From Octopus vulgaris (taxonomy: Eukaryota), in contig OX597841.1 in NCBI GenBank assembly GCA_951406725.2, positions 6,882,001 to 6,946,000 on the forward strand: a stretch of 64,000 nt of DNA, read 5' to 3'. The translations under genes and the position numbers were made by a program. Of this stretch, positions 56,461 to 64,000 are shown piece after piece (the first letter of the stretch is position 1; each line of letters begins with the position of its first letter). Below the pieces are notes generated by a model. The model had not been told where the DNA came from. It saw nothing but the letters and a program-made list of their open reading frames with translations, and did no database searches.

Positions 56461-59254
56461 TACACCTGAGCAATAAATATTGTTGAACACCTGCGGATGT
56501 TTGGTGTTCAATATGTCCAGGTATTTGGTAGATATTGTTATCTCTACCTGCTATGTGAACGAAACTGCCGTGTGTGGTTAGACAAGGTCTGTAAATACCA
56601 TACTGTAGTTAGTTTTATACTCCTGACCACTACTCCTCCATCTTCACAACAACAATATCAACACCAGGTGTCACTACTATGTCATAAAACACCATCTACC
56701 TTCACTTCCCCGCAACAAACTTCCTGACTGCATTCCCATATTCCACCATCGATATCAACTACATCTAAATAATAATAGTCGACACATCATCCATCTTCAG
56801 TTCTGTCTCTAATATAATGACCACCACACACAAGTTGATTGTCATTGCTTTTATAAATACCGTTGTAGTACTTCCCAGCGTTGATGGTTTTTAAACGACA
56901 GAGATCTCTGTTGAAAAGCATCATTTCTTTACAAAAGACAACTATAAAGCATTCCTCTGTCCACCAACATATGTTCAGTGGTGGTGGTTGTTTATGTTGC
57001 AGCATGTCTCCTGTCATTGTGCTGATTAATGTGACACTTTCTCCAAACATCAATGCACTGACAGTGTCATCCAACTTAATTGGATTACTGTTCCGGTCCC
57101 TGTTCTTCAGATATTCATAATTAACTGGTTCATCGAATGTGGCAATGGAAAGAGGGACCACTGCTGTTCTATGTGGCAGTCTTCTGCTATTTCATCAGCT
57201 GCTGACTTACTTTCCGCTATGTAATTACCACATCTCACCTCTAATCTACCTTTATTTATTCATTACTGAATATTTCCTTGTTCGTTTCAGATATAATGGA
57301 AGGGAAACGAAGACCAGAATCAAGATTTAATAATGACACAGATTCCAGAATGTTCACTTGGTCCCCATCAATCTTTATGCAATGACATTCAATCAATTCA
57401 ATATGTATACATCAGTAAATACCTGCCACTTTTCTCCATATTACACCATAAGGGATGAGACTTGACCAAACTTTATATTTCTCCAAATCTTGTTCCTTCA
57501 GTGAAATATTTCTCATCTGTTTGGAAGTGTGACCATTATCCCTCTTTCTCCTGTAAAACACACACCACCAACTAAACTTCCAACATCTCTATGACATAGC
57601 AACTCCCCATCTCTATCAAGTATTTTAACATTTCCATTATTGGCTTTTTCACACACGTCTGTCTTTCCTTCCTCAGAGACATCAAAATCTTTTACTTGAA
57701 CAGGACAGTCGTCTGTTTGTAAACGACAAACAGGGAATCTCTCCCGATTAAGCTGAAACAAACCTTCAACATACAATTTATTTCAGTGTCTTCTAATATA
57801 TCTCGGCCCTTTACTGTTTATACAGCTAAAGCCCACTTTACATACACAAATTCTTTCATTTAAATATATTTTGCTGTGGTCACCAGTCTGTATGAAACAC
57901 ACTATGTTGTTAAATATACCGTAGAGATGATATCTTTTCTCATCAACTGTTATGTTGCTATGAATACTGATATACTTCATGTAGTGTCTAACTGAATGTA
58001 AATACTGACCATCACTACTGAGGAAATTGATGAATTTGTTGTTGCTAACGAGGATGACATCATTAACAGTCACTGTAATATTGCATATGCCTTCAACATA
58101 ATCAATAACCTCACCACCTCTCATCAATAATGTCTCAGGTATGTCTATTTGCTTCATTATACTCACAGTCGAATGGATTTCATCAAAATCAATGACATAC
58201 AAAGTACGTTCATCTCCATCCCAATTATATACTAGTAGACCATCCGACAAAGAAGCAATACAATGATATTTATTTCTTGTCTGCTAAATCACCAATGACA
58301 ATTGAAATTCAACTTTTAATGTCAACATTTGGTTGTCACCATCACCAGTTGTAATAACCAGTGGGTTTGACTGCCATCGACACATATTGATGGCAGAGAC
58401 ATTCAGTTTGATAGAATCCAAGAGATGACCATCAAATGTGAATTTCTTAATGTGTTTTATTTTTCCTGTCGTATATTGCAATCAGGTTGTTTTCAGTAAT
58501 AACCAAACGAAAAATCTGCACTGGTTGTTTGTCTCGGAAACCTGGAGATCCTGTAGATAGAATTTAGAAGACAACATTTCACTGACACAGATGTTTCTAT
58601 AAAATAGATGTGCCATGTCAATATTAAGCTGATTATTTGTAACGAGATCCTTAACCACCAAATAGTAATCATTTATAACAAACATAGGGATGTTGTCTAA
58701 CAGATAAACATTTTTATCTATACATCCACCATAGAAATTGTGGGGAGGTTTCATTTGGGACAGTAAAACACTGGAGATCATCTTGTGACCCCTATATGAT
58801 TAGAACCCCACTAACATATATCTGTGGCTGTAGACGGCAGAGATAATCTGGACACAATGTCTCCTTCCTCAGAAATGTACAACAAGCAATCATGCTTGAT
58901 GTCGGACACCACCAACTGTCCATTGGACAGATTACATATTTCGCCAATGACAATTTTTTGGTCATTCTCCTTTTCTTTGAGTCGTAGATTTAGATTTCTG
59001 ATATAAGGATTTTTAATGGGTAAACAACAGCCAGACGACCGGTCTTGATACTTGTAAAGAAGAACCCTGCTGAGTTGAGTGTCCGGGACATAAAGAGTTC
59101 CTTGGAAAACAGCAATGTGAGGGTGAACAGGGAAAGGCAGTTCCCACTGCCATTTCATTTCTCCATATAGATCGTAACATATGAGAATAGAGTGTCTCCT
59201 GAAGAGGACATAGAAATAAACATTATCAGAGTAGATGTGAAGAGGGTAGCCATA
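56460..59254 (-). pseudogene. Decayed intronless multi-beta-propeller (NHL/TRIM C-terminal-like) coding region
   Basis: A chain of minus-strand ORF pieces broken by stops and frameshifts, with blade-like motifs NGQLVVSD..HDCLLYISEEG, ITVTVNDVILVS..KFINFLSSDGQYL and VKILDRDGELL. Confidence 0.65.
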
Positions 59255-59422
59255 AACATCACAGTGGAATGGATTCTTCCCTGTATGAATACGTTTGTGT
59301 GTAGTGAAGAGACTGGCTGAAGAGAATGATTTACCACAGACTCCACAACGATCTGGTTTCTCTCCTGTATAGATATGTCAGTGACTAATTAAGTACTTAT
59401 AGGAAATGATTCACCACAGATA

Positions 59423-60001
59423 TCAGTCATATGGCTTCTCTCCTATATGGAAACGTTTGTGAGTAGCTAAGCTGTCACTTTGGCAGAATGATTTACCACA
59501 GACATCACAGTGACAAGGCTTCTCCCCAGTATGAATACGTTTGTGTACAGTCAAGTTATAATTTCGAGAGAATGATTTACCACAGATGTCACAGTCAAAT
59601 GGTTTCTGCCCTGTATGAATACATTTGTGTTTAGTTAGGGTAATACTTTTAGAGAAAGACTTGCCACAGATGTTGCAGTGATATGGCTTCTCCCCTGTAT
59701 GAACACGTATGTGAGTAGTTAAAATACTTTGGTCAGAGAATGATGTACCACAGACATTACAGTGATAAGGCTTCTCTCCTTTATGAAGACGTTTGTGTGC
59801 CGTCAAGCTACTTTTCTGAAAGAATGATTTACCACAAATGTCGCAGTGAAATGGTTTCTCTCCCGTATGAATACGTTTGTGCTTATTTAAGTAAGCCTTT
59901 TGAGAGAAGGACTTTTTACAGACATCACAGTCATGTGACAATTTCTGTCTCCCTTTTTCTTCAGGAAAAATCAGTTCCTTTAATTTCTCACTCTTTTCCA
60001 T
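59423..60001 (-). CDS. C2H2 zinc-finger protein (6 tandem fingers, single coding exon)
   Basis: Six CxxC-x12-HxxxH units with TGEKP-type linkers in an ATG-initiated 192-aa ORF. It ends at a frameshift-derived stop in finger 7. Confidence 0.85.
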   Translation of the reverse strand: MEKSEKLKELIFPEEKGRQKLSHDCDVCKKSFSQKAYLNKHKRIHTGEKPFHCDICGKSFFQKSSLTAHKRLHKGEKPYHCNVCGTSFSDQSILTTHIRVHTGEKPYHCNICGKSFSKSITLTKHKCIHTGQKPFDCDICGKSFSRNYNLTVHKRIHTGEKPCHCDVCGKSFCQSDSLATHKRFHIGEKPYD

Positions 60002-60030
60002 TATGTTTCTTCAAAAATCACAATATATTT

Positions 60031-60440
60031 ATTTTTTTTCTTTTATTTGTTTCAGTCATTTGACTGCGGCCATGCTGGAGCACTGCCTTTAGTCGGACAA
60101 ATCGACCCCGGGACTTATTCTTTGTAAGACCAGTACTTATTCTATCGGTCTCTTTTTGCCGAACTGCTAAGTGACAGGGACGTAAACACGCCAGCATCGG
60201 TTGTCAAGCAATGCTAGGGGGACAAACACAGACACACAAACACACACACATAGATATATATATATATACATATATACGACAGGTCTCTTTCAGTTTCTGT
60301 CTACCAAATCCACTCACAAGGCATTGGTCGGCCCGGGGCTATAGCAGAAGACACTTGCCCAAGATGCCACGCAGTGGTACTGAACCCGGAACCATGTGGT
60401 TGGTTAGAAAGCTACTTACCACATAGCCACTCCTGCCCCT
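60031..60440 (-). mobile_element. tRNA-derived SINE inserted just upstream of the ZNF start codon
   Basis: Full-length SINE with TSD ATATATTT at 60023-60030 and 60441-60448. Confidence 0.85.
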
Positions 60441-61718
60441 ATATATTTTCATTTTGCTTCTATAGTCTTTTGTTTCCAAATATTTGGATTACTGTATTTC
60501 TATCCAGTGTTACCTTTGTCACGTTTTGTGACTAAATTTATCCACATTTAATCTGAAAACAGGCTCATCTTGTAGACACTCCAGCCAGTGATGTCCAGAA
60601 GGTTTGCTAATAATACATTTCAGAATAAATATATCAGAGGAATTCTGCCATAGATTTAGAGAAACAATCTTATATATCTGTTCTGTACAATATTTCCATT
60701 TTGGTCTTTAAAAAGATGATAAATAATGAGAATGTATCTTCAGTTATGCCAATGTCATCTGATATTCTGAAATAATAAAGAAACAACAGTGTAAGATAGA
60801 GAGGCTACTTAAAAAATACAGATTCATCATTTCTATAGAGATAAATTGTAGAAATAAACATTTACTTGAACAAAAGAACTTTTTAATTTATTAAAATTTA
60901 CATGAGAAAATCTTGAGTGAAGCTAATGTGTTTGTAAACTCCAGCTACACATTCACATTCATATATATATACACTCGCAGCTATGCGCAGTTTCACCCGG
61001 TCTGTTTGGATGATGTGGATGGGATCATTTTCAGTTAGGCCTAATCTATAACAGTGTTTCTCAACCTTATCATTTTGGGTCCCCTGTTTCGATTGGAGCC
61101 TCCAGCTGTATGAAAATTTCCTGACCCCCACTGCCCCTTGTCAGAAAACAGCTTCAGGTGTTGTGAAGAATGAATTTGTACGTAGTCTGTTTCTGAGAGC
61201 TATTCTATTGGACGTCTGTCTAATCATTAAAACATTGATTTAATTATGAACATAGGAAGAAATTATACGTTAATCCCTATTTTTGTAAGTAGTTGTATCC
61301 ATAATAATTTTATTTGCAGAGAGCAGAAATTGAAAGAAGATACATGAAATGGACGTGTGTGTGTTTCCGGCTAATTTGGTGGGTGTTTTGCAGTGGTTTG
61401 TGTTTATCTCTCGAGTCAAATTGTTGTTAATTTGTCTGTAATAGCCCGGACAAGTCGAAATGTCTTTGTTTTTTTACTCCTTCACCTTTACTGGTCAAAC
61501 GAGCCAGGAGCCATTCTCTGGTAAGTTGAAATAAAAACAATAAGAATATTTTAATAAGTTTTAGCTTCAGTTTATATTTTATATGTTACCAGACAGTGTG
61601 TTTATAGTTAATTAAGTATACTAACACAGGTGCCTCCCTCCTAACTTCCAGAAAAAATTGATATTTTTTAATGAAATTTTCAACAAATACATTTCAGATG
61701 GTGTGGATTTCCATTATA

Positions 61719-62960
61719 TCAGAATCTGAATAACAAACGTTTTTTTTCTGGTCCCTCCAGGTGCATCAAGAAAAAAATACCCGCTTTTTGTTTCTGCATA
61801 TGGTCAAAGATGGTACTGTAAGCCCTCTGTTGCTCAGGCAGAAGTTTGGGCTCCTTTTGCTGGATGTATTGATTAAGGGCTTCAGTATCATAGGACGTTT
61901 CACGTATTAACTCTGTTGGTACTGAAGGCGTCCCGTGGCACACTGGTTGCGGCAGCCCATATGGAGGTAAGGTATGACCTCCCAGAGAAACAGTCTTGTT
62001 CTCTATGTCAAGTAAAGCACAGTTGTAAATGAAATCATTTTCAGCTGGCAAGCAGGTATGATGCAGTTGGGCCTGGTAATGGAAGTCTTCTGGTCGGTCG
62101 TGTCTGTTCTTTAACCACAATGAATGGGGATTGGGAAGTTGGCAAATGTGCAGGAGTACAGAAAACAGAGCTCTGAGACTTTTTGCTGACTGTGAAACAG
62201 CAGCCTCTGCAAGCATAGCATCCCACTGCACACCGTCTTCTAGCAGCCCATGTAGTAAGCAAGCCTCTCTGAATGTAGCACATGTATGGCCATTCACAGC
62301 CTTTAATTGGTCGAAGGACTTTGGGCCCTTTACCTCGTGAAGCAGCAATCGGAGGTAGAAGCATTCTTGTTGGCCCGGGTGAACCGTGTACTCTCTGCCG
62401 AGGCAATTATCAAATTTAATCTCAGGGTGACCATCAACGGTTCGGCCTGACTTCCTTCACTGCTACTTATTCCATGTGTAGTATGACGGGACTTGAGGAT
62501 AAAGCAGATCTTGTGCAAACAGGTCTTACCTGGCAGAGTTTGAAGAAAGCCGTGAGTGTTGTATCTTTTGGTTGCTCAATCAGTCGAGCAGCAGTGGAAG
62601 CGGTGAAGTATACACGCTCTCCGATTTCAAGGTGCACTGCAAGCTGCTGGATTGGCGGATGCCTTTGATGCAGTGGAAACCCGAAAATGTGCCAAAAGGC
62701 TTCGTTACTACTTATGTACCTGCCTACTTGGTATTGCGTTATTTCATCTCGGACTCCATCTGGTTGCAGGCCATACACAGCAGCATCAGCGCCTTTGTTG
62801 ATGTACTTGCACACATATTTGATGGACTTTACAGAATGGCAGAGCTCGACATTTATGTGAGCATCGAATGCCTTCGACAGGATTGGGCAGTAAGGCACTA
62901 TCCATCTGTTGTCTACTTCATACGGACCAACATGTGCGGTGAATCCACCGTCCTTTGCTT
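61719..62960 (-). mobile_element. Helitron Rep/helicase remnant
   Basis: Frameshifted fragments read PYCPILSKAFDAHINVE.CHSVKSIKYVCKYINKG, GRYISSNEAFWHIFGFPLHQRHP and LLHEVKGPKSFDQLKAVNG..CATFREAC. Confidence 0.9.
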
Positions 62961-64000
62961 TCCGTCATGGAAACGCAGTGATCTCCGTCTAGGAATGGAC
63001 AGTGTCTAAGAATGGATTTGGGTGAACAATTTTAAACATTGGACTTGGCAAAAACTAAAAAGTTAGTGCTCCAAATGGCGTAGTTTAGCATTAGTATGTT
63101 TGAATAAATGTTTGGCAGCGGAAGTTTGTAACGTAGTAGTGCACTGAGCCCCGGCAAAGGATGACTTTTGCTTAATTAAGAGTGTCAATAGGGTGAGTAG
63201 GGGTGCAAAAAAGTGATGATGCACGCCTTGTTGTCTCTACTCCCTAAGTAACACCATACACAGCAAGTAAGGCATGGGTATGGTTAACGGAGAAGCTATT
63301 GCAAGCAGTAATAGGGCTTCAAAAGCTTTGACGTGATTTTTTACAATGAACCACCGCTATGGCCCTCGACTAAGAACGCCTATTGCTCAATGTTACACAT
63401 TGGAACTTGCAAAGAGTATGGAACATGGGTTCTTTTGCTGTCTTTCTTCAAAGTAACAAGTGTAGCAATGGAATGACTAAACGTTTGGCAACTGGCTTTT
63501 TTAAGGTAGCATTACATTGAACCCTGGCAAAGAAAGGGTAAGTGCTTCGTTTATTGGGCCAAAAAATGTGTCAAAAGGGTAGCTAGAGGTGCAAAACGTG
63601 TTGGTGCATGATCCTTTTTGCTCTCTCCCCCCAAAATAACACATTAACGTGTAAAATGGAGCAATTCAGGCGTGAACAAAAGTTCAGCAACACATGTGCG
63701 CATAAGGTCACTTTATGTGTATGCCCCCCGATCATGCATGCAGGTCACGGGGGTGATTTCCTCTGCCATGATCTAGCTCTGACCTTGTGGAGCATGTGTA
63801 TAAATTTTGAGGTCAATCGGACGTTGAATGTGGATTTCTATAAAAAACATAAATGGCTACAGACACACTGACACACAGGCACACACACACACACACACAC
63901 AAACTCAATTTTATAAATATAGAAGATGTGTGTGTGTTTATGTGTGCGTGTGTGTGTATTAAACTCTATATACGTTTTTACGTGTGTATGGATGTGTAGA

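Overview
This is AT-rich, repeat-dense eukaryotic DNA, very probably an octopus (cephalopod) genome. That assignment is an inference from the SINE/RTE repeat families, the long (TA)n tracts and a single-exon C2H2 zinc-finger gene. There are two host coding loci. (1) The last four exons of a p70 ribosomal S6 kinase gene lie on the + strand (31851-39196); I found none of its kinase-domain exons in the 31.8 kb upstream. (2) A C2H2 zinc-finger ORF lies on the - strand (60001-59423). Its degenerate tail runs in frame into a ~2.8 kb decayed beta-propeller (NHL-like) coding region, and a paralogous fragment of that region sits at ~7.3-7.8 kb. Most of the rest is mobile DNA: a non-autonomous Gypsy LTR element with a tRNA-Leu PBS plus a related solo LTR; Tx1/L1, RTE and CR1-group LINEs; Penelope-like elements (PLEs); Helitron and Tc1/mariner remnants; MITEs; tRNA-derived SINEs; and local segmental duplications. 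The most notable signal not explained by the ORF track is a set of type I hammerhead-ribozyme motifs, several associated with PLEs. One has an intact core at the tip of a ~130-nt rod (50874-51002), two belong to a long-loop-II family (4959-5076 and 54944-55033), and several are decayed. Repeat boundaries were read by eye and are approximate; exon and ribozyme coordinates were counted base by base.
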